62,981 bases of DNA, filler included, from 4 parts of 4 records of this genome joined end to end with filler, not necessarily neighbours in it; one strand, 5' to 3'; positions 43,032 to 53,184 are shown, counted from the whole stretch's first letter. Notes: generated by a model from the sequence alone, not told the origin. Made by a program: numbers and translations.

Positions 43032-43778
43032 GTGATGAAGTGGTTTCTAATTTTTACAGCAGCAGCCCTAACGGTCTCTAATTTCGCCGGAGAAAATGAA
43101 ACGCCAACCGTGGCGACATTTTCGATCGTCGCCGTGGACAAATCCACTGGAGAAATTGGGGTGGCCGTTCAATCCAAGATCGTTGGCGTCGGTTCGATCG
43201 TTCCCTTTGCCGAAGCCGGTGTCGGTGCAGTGGCGACTCAGGCATACGCCAACGTTCGTTACGGCCCGATTGGATTGCTGATGCTGAAAACAGGAGCGAC
43301 GCCGGAACAAACTATCGACATGCTGACGAAGAACGACCCCGAAAAAGCACATCGCCAAGTCGGGATTGTTTCTGCTGGTGGAGAGGTCGCTACTTTTACC
43401 GGAGAGAAATGCAGCGATTGGGCGGGCGGAATTTCAGGAGATGGATTTGTTGTTCAGGGAAATATTTTGGCGGGCGAATCAGTCATAACAGCCATGGCCG
43501 AAGCATTCAAAAAAACTGAAGGGCTTCTCGCCGAACGTTTGATCGCAGCGCTCGAAGCGGGACAAGCTGAAGGTGGCGACAAACGCGGGCGGCAATCGGC
43601 TGCGCTCCTTGTGGTTCGGGAAGGCTGGGGATACGCGGGATTAAATGATCGCTTTCGAGATATCCGCGTCGACGAACACGAAACACCGATCAAAGAATTG
43701 CGCCGTGTTTATGAAAAGCACCGCGCGCTTTTCTCTCGTCCGAAGGCTGTGGTTGAGGAAGTTGAAGAAAAAGAATAA
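43032..43778 (+). CDS. DUF1028 family (Ntn-hydrolase-like) exported protein
   Basis: Signal peptide then TFSIVA, GAVATQA, QGNIL, GGDKRGRQSAAL, IRVDEH. Confidence 0.85.
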   Translation: MMKWFLIFTAAALTVSNFAGENETPTVATFSIVAVDKSTGEIGVAVQSKIVGVGSIVPFAEAGVGAVATQAYANVRYGPIGLLMLKTGATPEQTIDMLTKNDPEKAHRQVGIVSAGGEVATFTGEKCSDWAGGISGDGFVVQGNILAGESVITAMAEAFKKTEGLLAERLIAALEAGQAEGGDKRGRQSAALLVVREGWGYAGLNDRFRDIRVDEHETPIKELRRVYEKHRALFSRPKAVVEEVEEKE

Positions 43779-43790
43779 ACTCCTGCACCT

Positions 43791-45038
43791 ATGCTCGATT
43801 TTTCGGATGCCCCTTACCAGTTTTTTCCAGCGAAACCCAACCGGTTTATGATGGCGTTGGGGAAGTTTGCGAACCGCCGTTTCATTCTGAAAGGTAAGAA
43901 CCACCGGATCACTCAATTTGATTTGTGCGGTGAAATCGAAAAGGTGAGAGCGCTCCACAAATCAGGCGCACAGCTCGTCATCGTGGCGAACCATCCCACT
44001 CACAGCGACCCACAGGTCATGACGGAGGTTCACCGTCGACTCGGAATCAAATCGTGCTTCATGGCAGCCTACGACGTTTTTTTGCGAGGGAAATTTTCGG
44101 GATGGGTCATGCAAAATATCGGCTGTTTTTCAATTGATCGTGAAGGCAGCGATCGAAAGGCCATGGCGGAAGCCGCGCGGATTTTGAAGGCCGGCGAATT
44201 TGCGCTGACGATTTTTCCTGAAGGAAACGTCTATCTAGCGAACGATAAAGTGACTCCGTTTCTTGATGGTGCTTCCTTCTTGGCGCTGAAAGCTCAAAAA
44301 GACATCGGAGACGATCGACCAATTTATGTCGTCCCGATGGCCTTCAAATATTCGCACCTGACTGATGTGCGATCGAAAATCGGCGCACAACTTGATGACG
44401 TGGCTATTGGCCTCGGCACGAATTTTGATCACGACGCGGAACCGGTTTCAGAACTGAAACGCATTGGCCGCGAAGTGTTGATCAAAAATTTGAAGCAGCG
44501 GGGTTGCATCGATCCTGAAGATATCGCCGCGGAAAAACCGATGTCCGAACTGCTGGTTTCCGGTGCTGAAAAAATTCTCAGTGGCCTCGAATCGAAAATC
44601 GATTTACCTGACGGAGCCGGAAATGATCCCACCACTCGGATCCGAAAAATCCGCAGCGCGATTCATAATGTGCTGACCGACGATGATTTAGAGAACGATC
44701 ATCGCGTCGCCACGTCATGGGCGGACGAAGCAATTCTTGCCTTCCGGATTTTACAGTACGCGACGCCTTACGCTCTTGAAAAACCAACGGTGGATCGGAT
44801 TGCTGAAACCGTTGAACGTGTGCGCGAAGATCTGACGTCAAAATGGCAGGCGCCCACCGGCCCTCGTCACGTCGAGGTTCAAGTTCGCGAACCGATTCTG
44901 CTGGCCGACATTCTAAATGCGCACCCCAAGCTGAGAAATGCCGTCACGGAGCTCACTGGGCGGATGGAATCCGAAATTCAGGCTGGGCTCGATGAAGCCA
45001 ACGCCGGGCTCGAAACACCGGGCTCCGAGCTGTTTTAA
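43791..45038 (+). CDS. PlsC-like phospholipid/glycerol acyltransferase with long C-terminal extension
   Basis: NHPTHSD (HX4D), FSIDRE, IFPEG. Confidence 0.85.
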   Translation: MLDFSDAPYQFFPAKPNRFMMALGKFANRRFILKGKNHRITQFDLCGEIEKVRALHKSGAQLVIVANHPTHSDPQVMTEVHRRLGIKSCFMAAYDVFLRGKFSGWVMQNIGCFSIDREGSDRKAMAEAARILKAGEFALTIFPEGNVYLANDKVTPFLDGASFLALKAQKDIGDDRPIYVVPMAFKYSHLTDVRSKIGAQLDDVAIGLGTNFDHDAEPVSELKRIGREVLIKNLKQRGCIDPEDIAAEKPMSELLVSGAEKILSGLESKIDLPDGAGNDPTTRIRKIRSAIHNVLTDDDLENDHRVATSWADEAILAFRILQYATPYALEKPTVDRIAETVERVREDLTSKWQAPTGPRHVEVQVREPILLADILNAHPKLRNAVTELTGRMESEIQAGLDEANAGLETPGSELF

Positions 45039-46342
45039 TGACTGCTCCGGTCGCGAAAATCTCTCTGTTCACAGCAATCACGGTAGTTGTCGCGAATATG
45101 GTCGGCACGGGGATTTTTGGAAGCCTCGGGTTTCAAGTTCTCGGTTTGCCGAGCGGATTTCCAATTTTGCTTTTGTGGATCATCGGCGGTGTCCTCGCAT
45201 TTTGCGGAGCGGTTTGCTACGCTGAATTGGGTTCGATGATGCCACGATCCGGCGGCGAATATCATCTCCTGCGCGAAACCTATCACCCGCTGGTCGGATT
45301 TCTCGCCGGCTGGGTTTCTGTGACTATTGGATTTGCCGCGCCCATCGCATTGAACGCAAGTTTGCTCGGCGGCTACATGAGCCAAATAACGGAGTTCGAT
45401 TCGCGGCTTTTCTCCGTTCCGGTCGTCATCCTAGTCACAGCTATTCATCTCGCGAGTCTTTCAAAAATCAGCCGATTTCAAATCGTTCTAACGACCGCAA
45501 AAATCGTGCTGATTCTCGTTCTCGCCGCAGCTGCCTTTGTCATCGGAACTGCTCAGCCTGTTTCATTTCTTCCAAAAAGCGGAGATGGCGAATTGATTGC
45601 TTCCAGCGCTTTCGCGACGTCTCTCGTTTATGTTCTGTATGCTTACACTGGTTGGAATGCGGCGGTTTATATTGTTGGCGAGATGAAAGACCCGCAGCGA
45701 AATCTTCCACTCGCAATGCTGATCGGCGCGGGATTTGTCACCGTAATTTATGTGCTGTTGAACGCCGCATTTCTCTACGCCACGCCGATTTCAGAAATGG
45801 CCGGCGAAGCCGAAGTTGGGCTTGTTGCAGCGCGTTCGATTTTTGGCGATCGCGGCGGCATGTGGATGGGGGTTCTCATCAGTTTCGGATTAATCTCAAC
45901 GATCAGCTCGATGACATGGGCGGGGCCGCGCGCAACCGCGACCATCGGAGAGGACTACGGAGCGTTTTCCTTTTTCAAAAAACGGAACTCGAACGGAATT
46001 CCCGCGCGCGCCGTGTTGCTTCAGGGTGTGATCGTTTTGGTGCTGTTGCTGGTTTCCGATTTTGAATCGCTGATTCATTACACCCAAGCGGTTCTAACCA
46101 TTTCAGCAACGATGGTCGTCCTCGGTGTTATTTGGATGCGAATCAAAAAGCCAAATGCCACTCGAACTTATCGCGCGTGGGGCTATCCCGTAACGCCGCT
46201 GATTTTCATCGTGTTCAGCATTTACGTTTTGTTCTTCCAGATTCAAGAAAAACCAAAGGAGTTTTTCCTCGGATTGGGGACTTTGGCAATTGGAGCGGTC
46301 GTTTATTTTTTGGTGAGGCGTGGTAAATCTTCGAATTCTTGA
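45038..46342 (+). CDS. APC family amino acid permease
   Basis: NMVGTGIF, YAELGSMMPRSGGEY, YAYTGWN, ~12 TM. Confidence 0.9.
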   Translation: MTAPVAKISLFTAITVVVANMVGTGIFGSLGFQVLGLPSGFPILLLWIIGGVLAFCGAVCYAELGSMMPRSGGEYHLLRETYHPLVGFLAGWVSVTIGFAAPIALNASLLGGYMSQITEFDSRLFSVPVVILVTAIHLASLSKISRFQIVLTTAKIVLILVLAAAAFVIGTAQPVSFLPKSGDGELIASSAFATSLVYVLYAYTGWNAAVYIVGEMKDPQRNLPLAMLIGAGFVTVIYVLLNAAFLYATPISEMAGEAEVGLVAARSIFGDRGGMWMGVLISFGLISTISSMTWAGPRATATIGEDYGAFSFFKKRNSNGIPARAVLLQGVIVLVLLLVSDFESLIHYTQAVLTISATMVVLGVIWMRIKKPNATRTYRAWGYPVTPLIFIVFSIYVLFFQIQEKPKEFFLGLGTLAIGAVVYFLVRRGKSSNS

Positions 46343-46417
46343 TTCCCATTTCCAATTTCTTGAACGGGAATTTAAAAGAGTTTTTCGGAATTAATGGGAA
46401 ATTCGAAAAGCACAAAT

Positions 46418-47815
46418 TTATAGAAACGGATCGCCTTTTTCTTTCCGCCACTCATCCAATTGCTTTTCTAAATTAGCCCGTCGCTCCGCGTGCGCGGGAT
46501 CGTCCGCGAGATTTTTCAACTCGAACCGATCAGCATTGAGGTCAAAAAGCTGCCAGTGATCGATCTTGGGATAACGAATCAATTTCCATCCGTCGGCGGA
46601 ACGAATCATGCGCTGCGTATCGGTGAAGTAGCCAAAGGTCGTTTCGTTGTGCTCTGATTTTTCACCGTGCAAAACGGGAGCAAAACTTTTCGCAGTGACG
46701 GTTGCTGGAATTTTTGCACCCGCAATTTCGCAAGTCGTGGGGTACAAATCGCGAAGATAAATCTGCGCATCGGTTTTTGAGCCAGCTTCAATTCCCGGCC
46801 CGGCAGCAATGAACGGGACGTTGATGGTGTGCTCGTATTGATTCTGCTTCCCGCGCAATCCGTGACTTCCGCAAGCCATTCCATGATCAGCGGTGAAAAC
46901 GATGAGCGTGTTCTCGAGCTGTTCCGTTTTTTCTAACATCGCAATAATTCGACCAATCTGCGCATCCATATCGTCGATGACGGAATAATAAACGCGGAGC
47001 AAATCACGAACCGCTTCTTCAGTTCGCGGCCAACTCATCAACGCTTCGTCGCGGCCGCCGTAGTTGCCGTGATTAAACGGATGATCAGGCGCATAATCTT
47101 TTGGCAGCGGGATTTCGGCGGTTTTGTATTTTCCCTCCAAGCCCGGCGGAACAAAAAGCGGATCGTGCGGCGCGGTGAAATTCACGTGACAAAACCACGG
47201 CTTCTCCGGCTTCCGCTCTATCAATGAAATCGCTGCGTTGGCAAATTTCTCGCTGATATCCGGAGTGACACCGACGCCTTCTTCGGGATATTTTATTTTG
47301 CCAGTCGCGTCTTGGAAAATCCAACCGCGGTAGCCTGTGATCGGAAAATTCTTCCAATCGCGCTGGCCTTCCTTCCAAAATTTCGAACCACCTCCTGAAA
47401 AAAGTCCCGCGACATCCGTGGAACCTCGCGTCGTTGGGCGACCTGCAGTGTGCCATTTTCCGACATACCACGTTTCGTAACCTGCGGTTTGCAACGCGTC
47501 ACCCCAACAAATGAGATCAGGCTTAATCTTCACCCCGCGTATTCCGGTGATGCCATTTTCCCAGCCGTGCATGCCCGTCAGAATTTCGGCGCGGCTGACC
47601 ACGCAAATCGGATTCGAACACGTCGCGCGAGTGAACGTCATTCCGCGAGCGACGAGCTTATCGAGATTAGGCGTTTCAATCGCGGGATTTCCCAATGCAG
47701 CAATGCAATCCGGCCGCATGTCATCTGCGAGGAGAAATAAGATGTTCGGCGGGTTCTCAGCACGACACGGAAGCAGAGTGAGAAAAAACAGGACAGGCAA
47801 AATTCGAAAGCACAT
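46418..47815 (-). CDS. Secreted sulfatase
   Basis: PNILFLLADD, CVVSRAEILTG, GKWH, APHDP, ADHG, GKQNQYE. Confidence 0.9.
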   Translation of the reverse strand: MCFRILPVLFFLTLLPCRAENPPNILFLLADDMRPDCIAALGNPAIETPNLDKLVARGMTFTRATCSNPICVVSRAEILTGMHGWENGITGIRGVKIKPDLICWGDALQTAGYETWYVGKWHTAGRPTTRGSTDVAGLFSGGGSKFWKEGQRDWKNFPITGYRGWIFQDATGKIKYPEEGVGVTPDISEKFANAAISLIERKPEKPWFCHVNFTAPHDPLFVPPGLEGKYKTAEIPLPKDYAPDHPFNHGNYGGRDEALMSWPRTEEAVRDLLRVYYSVIDDMDAQIGRIIAMLEKTEQLENTLIVFTADHGMACGSHGLRGKQNQYEHTINVPFIAAGPGIEAGSKTDAQIYLRDLYPTTCEIAGAKIPATVTAKSFAPVLHGEKSEHNETTFGYFTDTQRMIRSADGWKLIRYPKIDHWQLFDLNADRFELKNLADDPAHAERRANLEKQLDEWRKEKGDPFL

Positions 47816-47912
47816 TTGCCAGACTAGGCAGAATTCCCCTTCGATTTACAGATCAAACCTCCCACGTCTTCGTCATTGCATTTCAGCTCAAAATTCGTCA
47901 GGTTTCCTCTTC

Positions 47913-48974
47913 ATGAAAAAACTCTTCACATTGTTCACCCTTCTCGTGTGTTCGATCGCATCGGCCGATCATCATGCGGGGAAAGTTTTGAAGCTCGCCG
48001 GAAAAGAAGGTCCCGGAAAAGGGAAGAAAATCGTTCTCGTCGCGGGGGATGAGGAGTATCGCTCCGAAGAGTCAATGCCGATGCTGGGCAAGATTCTCTC
48101 ACAAAAACATGGTTTCGACTGTGTTGTGGTTTTCTCGTGGGACAAATCTGGCAAATATATCGATCCAAATAATCAGGAAGGCCTCATCGGACTCTCCGAA
48201 CTCGACGACGCGGATTTGATGATCATCGGAACGCGTTTCCGCAAGCCAAACGACAAAGAGGCGGCACACCTCACGACCTTTATGAATGCTGGAAAACCAG
48301 TGATTGGAATTCGCACAGCGACTCACGCTTTCAACGGAGGTCAAAAATTTGGCGACTCTGAAACGGCGATCGGGTTTGGTCAGTGGGGCCGCAAAGTTCT
48401 CGGTGAGCAATGGGTGAGCCATCACGGACGCCACAAGGTTCAAGGCGCTCGCAGCGTTGTTGAAGCTGACAACACAACAAACAACATCCTTCGCGGAGTT
48501 GGTGAAATTTTTGCTCCATCGGACGTTTATGGTGTGAAGCACCTGACTGAAGAGGACACTATTTTGCTTCGCGCAACGGTTACTGAAACGCTTGAGCCGG
48601 ATTCAGCCGATATCGAAGGCGAGAAGAACAATCCTGCACAAGCTTTTGCCTGGCTGCACGAATACACCGGTCCGAATGGTACCGCGAAAGGCATGTCGTT
48701 CTGCACAACTGGCGGAGCTTCGGTTGATTTGATCGATCCAGATTTGCGGCGTCTTCTTGTCAACGCAGCGTATTCGCTGACCGGCCTCGAAGTTCAGGAA
48801 GAAGCCGATGTTGATTACGTCGATCCGTTTTACCCGAGCTTTTACGGTTTTATTAAAGATGCCGCTTGGTGGAAAGATCTCGATTTGCAGACCGAAGAAT
48901 TTGGTCTCGGACAATCCACAAATCTCCCCGATCCAAAAGGTAGCCCCGAGTGGAATCACGAAGACAATCCGTAA
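47913..48974 (+). CDS. Exported ThuA-like domain protein
   Basis: Signal peptide MKKLFTLF..., IVLVAGDEEYRSEESMPML, GIRTATHAF; true start ATG 47913. Confidence 0.75.
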   Translation: MKKLFTLFTLLVCSIASADHHAGKVLKLAGKEGPGKGKKIVLVAGDEEYRSEESMPMLGKILSQKHGFDCVVVFSWDKSGKYIDPNNQEGLIGLSELDDADLMIIGTRFRKPNDKEAAHLTTFMNAGKPVIGIRTATHAFNGGQKFGDSETAIGFGQWGRKVLGEQWVSHHGRHKVQGARSVVEADNTTNNILRGVGEIFAPSDVYGVKHLTEEDTILLRATVTETLEPDSADIEGEKNNPAQAFAWLHEYTGPNGTAKGMSFCTTGGASVDLIDPDLRRLLVNAAYSLTGLEVQEEADVDYVDPFYPSFYGFIKDAAWWKDLDLQTEEFGLGQSTNLPDPKGSPEWNHEDNP

Positions 48975-49043
48975 TTTTCGACTTTAACGAACAGACAGGG
49001 CTTGTTCGACGAACCAACCCTATTGAATCGTGAAACGTGACTT

Positions 49044-49175
49044 TTATTTTTTACCGGCTAACGCCAACACACCGCTGATGATCAAAAAGATAGCGACTAC
49101 CAAAGCCAGCAACGAAGGCTTTATAAGGATTAAAACGCCGGCAACGATGGAGATGAGTGGAGATATGTTTTTCAT
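49044..49175 (-). CDS. Small membrane protein, DUF3096-like (43 aa; absent from ORF track)
   Basis: Manual translation MKNISPLISIVAGVLILIKPSLLALVVAIFLIISGVLALAGKK, two TM helices around a central Pro. Confidence 0.7.
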   Translation of the reverse strand: MKNISPLISIVAGVLILIKPSLLALVVAIFLIISGVLALAGKK

Positions 49176-49258
49176 GACTTCTGTCCGTAAAGCACCTGTG
49201 ACGAAAAAAAACAGGAAAACCGAAGGGCGTTACCGGGTTTTAACTGTTTCCCATTCTT

Positions 49259-50500
49259 ATGCCTTCATTTGCCTACACTGCGATCGACAACACCGGAACT
49301 AAAGTTTCGGGGAGCCTATCGGTGCGGAATAAATCGGAGGCTTACCGCGAATTGGAATCAAAGTCGCTGACGCCGGTTCAAGTTAAGGAGACGGACGAAA
49401 GTGCGGCGGCAAAGGCAAAAGCGAAAGGTTCAGGACTGGCGATCGGAGTGCCGGTTAAACTGAAAAGGCCGCAAATGATCCTTTTCACGGAGGAGTTAGC
49501 CGACCTTCTCGATGCCGGACTGCAGCTGGAACAGGCGCTGCGGGTGCTTTCAGAAAGACAGCAGGACAAGGCTTTGAAAACGGTTGCGGCGACTTTGCGT
49601 GAGGAAATTCGCGAGGGCACCAATTTTTCCACCGCTTTGAAAAAAGCATCCCCATCGTTCGATGATTTGTATCGAAATCTTGTAGCGGCCGGCGAAGCCA
49701 GTGGTGCGTTACCCGAGATTTTGCGGCGTTTGGCAGGAAATCAAAAGCAGATGTATGATTTGCATCGCCGAACGGTCAGCGCGATGATTTATCCGGCGAT
49801 TCTAATTCTCGGCTGTATTGTGTTGCTGTTCGTTTTCAGCACGGTTTTGATGCCGCAGCTGACCAAATTGATTAAAAAAACCGGCGGCGGCGAGCTACCA
49901 TTGATTTCGGAATTGTTGATCAAGTTTTCGAATTTCATGAATAGCTGGTGGTGGCTGGTTTTGACTATCGGCATCGCGATTTTCATTCTATTCAAGGCCT
50001 TCATCCGCACGCCAAAGGGCCATTTTTGGTGGGACAATGCGAAGATGAAAATCCCTGCCTTTGGCCCGGTGGTGGCCGGACGGTTCTACGCTCAGTTTTG
50101 CCACACGATGTCAATTTTGGTGAACAACGGCGTTCCTCTTCTGAATGGTCTCAAACTTGTGACGCGCGGAACGACCAATATTTTTGTGAAGAAGCACCTC
50201 GAAAAAGCGGTCGCTGATGTGGGAGATGGAATTTCGCTGGCGCGGACGATGGATGAGTCAGGGACGTTTCCGCCTCAGTTAGTCGACCGGGTCGCGATCG
50301 GCGAACAGACGGGTGAACTTGGGAAAGCGTTCTCAAAAGCAGCCACGAAATACGATGAAGACCTCGATGTGAGGATTGGCCGCTTAACCAGTCTAATACC
50401 GATGGTGGTTTTGATTGCAATGGCGGTTGTGGTTGGCGTTGTAGCATTTGCGATCATCAACACGATTTTTGGCTCGATGTCGGGTATTGGCAGAAAGTGA
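49259..50500 (+). CDS. gspF: Type II secretion inner-membrane platform protein
   Basis: MPSFAYTAID, LADLLDAGL, AGEASGAL, MIYP, GEQTGEL. Confidence 0.92.
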   Translation: MPSFAYTAIDNTGTKVSGSLSVRNKSEAYRELESKSLTPVQVKETDESAAAKAKAKGSGLAIGVPVKLKRPQMILFTEELADLLDAGLQLEQALRVLSERQQDKALKTVAATLREEIREGTNFSTALKKASPSFDDLYRNLVAAGEASGALPEILRRLAGNQKQMYDLHRRTVSAMIYPAILILGCIVLLFVFSTVLMPQLTKLIKKTGGGELPLISELLIKFSNFMNSWWWLVLTIGIAIFILFKAFIRTPKGHFWWDNAKMKIPAFGPVVAGRFYAQFCHTMSILVNNGVPLLNGLKLVTRGTTNIFVKKHLEKAVADVGDGISLARTMDESGTFPPQLVDRVAIGEQTGELGKAFSKAATKYDEDLDVRIGRLTSLIPMVVLIAMAVVVGVVAFAIINTIFGSMSGIGRK

Positions 50501-50594
50501 AAGAACCGCAACTTTTACCCGTAAACGGGGTTGGATCATCGAACCCATACGATCATGGCGTTGAATCGTAACTGTTTTTAGGCATACTCTTAAA

Positions 50595-51035
50595 ATGAAG
50601 ATCACCATTCAGAATCTTAAAAGAACACGCACGGGAGCATTTTCGCTGGTGGAAATGGTCATCGTGATCACGATTATTGGCATTCTCGCAGCTGCAACGG
50701 TAGTCGGAGTGGGCGGATTCGTTGATGATGCTCGAATGAGCGCTGCTGAACTTGGAATTGAACAACTGGGAACCGCGCTTCTCAGCTATGAAGGCCAGAA
50801 TTACTCACGCCCGCCCACGCAAGAACAGGGGTTGATGGCACTTCATGAAAAGCCGACTTCGGAACCGATGCCGAAACGCTGGCGCGCCTATGTCGAAGAA
50901 AAGGAACAACTTCTCGATCCATGGGGAAACGAATTTCAATATCGGATGCCTTCGCAAAAAAGTAAGAAGCGCTACGATGTGTTTTCACTCGGAAAAGACG
51001 GTGTCGAAAGCGATGACGACATCGGCAACTGGTGA
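50595..51035 (+). CDS. gspG: Type II secretion major pseudopilin
   Basis: AFSLVEMVIV, PTQEQGL.AL, DPWGN, SLGKDG..DDIGNW. Confidence 0.92.
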   Translation: MKITIQNLKRTRTGAFSLVEMVIVITIIGILAAATVVGVGGFVDDARMSAAELGIEQLGTALLSYEGQNYSRPPTQEQGLMALHEKPTSEPMPKRWRAYVEEKEQLLDPWGNEFQYRMPSQKSKKRYDVFSLGKDGVESDDDIGNW

Positions 51036-51691
51036 TGAAAATTCAGCGTCATCACCGCAGGCGTGAATTTGGGTTCTCGCTTGTTGAAATCGTCGTCGCA
51101 CTTGCGATTGTCGGGGTGATGATTGCGATTTCGGTGCCTTCGATTGACTCGATCCGAAAAGAAAAATTGGCGCGAGAGCCGGTTACAGCGCTCGCGAAAA
51201 TGGTTCGCGAAACCCGCAAGCGAGCCATGTCTGAGGGGCGACCGTATCAGATCGCGTTTGATAGCCGCGGGTTTCACACGGCCCGCTTTTTCTCGCCGTA
51301 TGGAAAAAGCGAAGAGTTTGATCAACTCCAACGAGATTTGGAAGTGATCGCTCAGGAACAGGAAATCATCGAAGCATCACGTGCTCGGGGAATTGATTTG
51401 AATGCCGGCGCAGGACCTACCGAAGCCCAGCAGCAGATGGACGTGGCGCGCGAGGGGATGACGTATTTTGAAAAAGTAGAACTGCCCGACACCTATTCTT
51501 ACAAACTCCGTTTTTACGGCGATACCGACTGGGTCGATATGACAACGGGCGAGTTTAAACGCTGGGTATTTCAGCCATCCGGGATGCTTGATCCGATGCA
51601 AATTCAGGTTCAATCAGACAATGCTTTTTTCGAAGTGGAATTTCATCCGCTGACTGGCGATGTAAAATCCGAAAGCGGCTGGGTGGAATAA
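51032..51691 (+). CDS. gspH: Minor pseudopilin GspH-like
   Basis: GFSLVEIVV prepilin motif; position after gspG. Confidence 0.7.
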   Translation: MMKIQRHHRRREFGFSLVEIVVALAIVGVMIAISVPSIDSIRKEKLAREPVTALAKMVRETRKRAMSEGRPYQIAFDSRGFHTARFFSPYGKSEEFDQLQRDLEVIAQEQEIIEASRARGIDLNAGAGPTEAQQQMDVAREGMTYFEKVELPDTYSYKLRFYGDTDWVDMTTGEFKRWVFQPSGMLDPMQIQVQSDNAFFEVEFHPLTGDVKSESGWVE

Positions 51692-51715
51692 TTTAAGAAG
51701 TCACGAAACAAATTC

Positions 51716-52123
51716 ATGAGATTGAAACCGACAAAAACCCGAAGACGACGAGGCTACGCATTGCTTGATGTAATTCTCGCGGTTTCGGTTTTTGCACTTG
51801 TCGGAACGGGAGTAATTCGCTCGCTTCATCAAATTCAGGAAGCATCCACTTTTGGTCGGTTTGATCGACTAGTGCAATATGGACTGGAGTCGGCCCTGAC
51901 TGAAGCCAAATACAAACCCGTTCGCGAAATGCAGAGCGAGATTTTTGACGAAGCACTGGGAGTCACTTACACGACAGCCGTTGAGCAGTTGGATGTAGCA
52001 ACTGGAGATGGCAACGCCCTTCGTGACCTTTATAAACTGACGGCTACGGCGACTTTCTCCGATAGCTCCGGGCAGCAGGAAGAAGTCGCCGAGATTTACG
52101 TTTATCAGCCGGAGCAAAAATGA
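51716..52123 (+). CDS. gspI: Minor pseudopilin GspI-like
   Basis: RRRGYALLDVILAV variant prepilin motif; size and order. Confidence 0.62.
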   Translation: MRLKPTKTRRRRGYALLDVILAVSVFALVGTGVIRSLHQIQEASTFGRFDRLVQYGLESALTEAKYKPVREMQSEIFDEALGVTYTTAVEQLDVATGDGNALRDLYKLTATATFSDSSGQQEEVAEIYVYQPEQK

Positions 52124-53160
52124 CGATTCAGCCCGCGATGCAACATTCAAAAACCACAACGAATTCAAGGAAAATCAGCGCTTTCACGCTGCTGGAAGTT
52201 GTCGTGGCCATGGCAATTCTCGGAGTGCTGGCGAGTTCGGTGTTTGCCATTTTATTTCAAGTAGGCATGACTGCTGGAGAAATCCGCGAAGTCGATCAGC
52301 GGGATGAGGAAGTGTCTCGTTTTATCGCGCTGCTGCGGGATACCATCGAACAAATGCCGCAAGAAGGCCGGATCGAAATTGTTCCGCCTACGGGCACAGA
52401 GTCTGAGTTTTACGAAATCAAAATTGTCGGAGCAACCACGGCCTTTTCATTTGGTGAACGCGGCGTTGGCGAGGGCGACACCACGATTGGAATGCGTCCT
52501 CAACCGATTGATTCGATTCGCCCCGATCTTCCGCTCGACGACGGGCAGCAGTTTTTCCAGGTCGCCATCAGTCGTGAGGATTTTGGCCCTCAGGATGAAG
52601 ACGGCGATGGCATGGTTTTCAATGCAGGCGGAGGCGATGACGGATTTCTCGTTGCTGATGAACAGGGTCGTTACTGGCTCCCAATCTTGGATTACGTCAC
52701 TGCCGTTTCGTTTCGATTTTGGGATGAAGACGCAAAAGATTGGGTGATTGAATGGGAGGACGCTGAGTTGATGCCGCCGCTTTTGGAATTGGCAATCACC
52801 GATCCGTATCGCCCTCTCCCCTTACGCACCGTTTTCGATGTGCCCGATCATTTAACGAAAGAGGCCGTCGAACAAGCTGCGGCAACGACTTCAACCGCAA
52901 ATAGTACGACCACCTCAGCGACGAGGCCACAAGATGGGGGCGGAGGCCGCGGGTCACAAGGCGGCGGTGATCGACGTGGCGGAGATAGGCGGGGTGAAGG
53001 TGGAAAAGGTGGTGACGGCGGCCGCGGAGGTGGCGATCGCGGAGGAAGAGGTGGCGATGGTGGCCCACAGCCTGGGTTTCGCCCACAGCCCGGCGGAGGA
53101 GGAAGACCCACAGGAGGTGGAGATGCCGCACCGACTGGTGGTGGCGGAGGAGGCCGATAG
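52120..53160 (+). CDS. gspJ: Minor pseudopilin GspJ-like with Gly/Arg-rich tail
   Basis: AFTLLEVVVAM prepilin motif; FRFWD..W..EW..PPL C-terminal pattern. Confidence 0.7.
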   Translation: MTIQPAMQHSKTTTNSRKISAFTLLEVVVAMAILGVLASSVFAILFQVGMTAGEIREVDQRDEEVSRFIALLRDTIEQMPQEGRIEIVPPTGTESEFYEIKIVGATTAFSFGERGVGEGDTTIGMRPQPIDSIRPDLPLDDGQQFFQVAISREDFGPQDEDGDGMVFNAGGGDDGFLVADEQGRYWLPILDYVTAVSFRFWDEDAKDWVIEWEDAELMPPLLELAITDPYRPLPLRTVFDVPDHLTKEAVEQAAATTSTANSTTTSATRPQDGGGGRGSQGGGDRRGGDRRGEGGKGGDGGRGGGDRGGRGGDGGPQPGFRPQPGGGGRPTGGGDAAPTGGGGGGR

Positions 53161-53184
53161 AGTTCTCTATTTTACAAAACCGAT

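Noticed and set aside
47511-47912. 134-aa N-terminal extension of the 487-aa ORF
   Set aside because: Overlaps the sulfatase antisense; a signal peptide begins at ATG 47913
49030-49302. 90-aa plus-strand ORF
   Set aside because: Shadow of the minus-strand DUF3096-like gene and overlaps gspF
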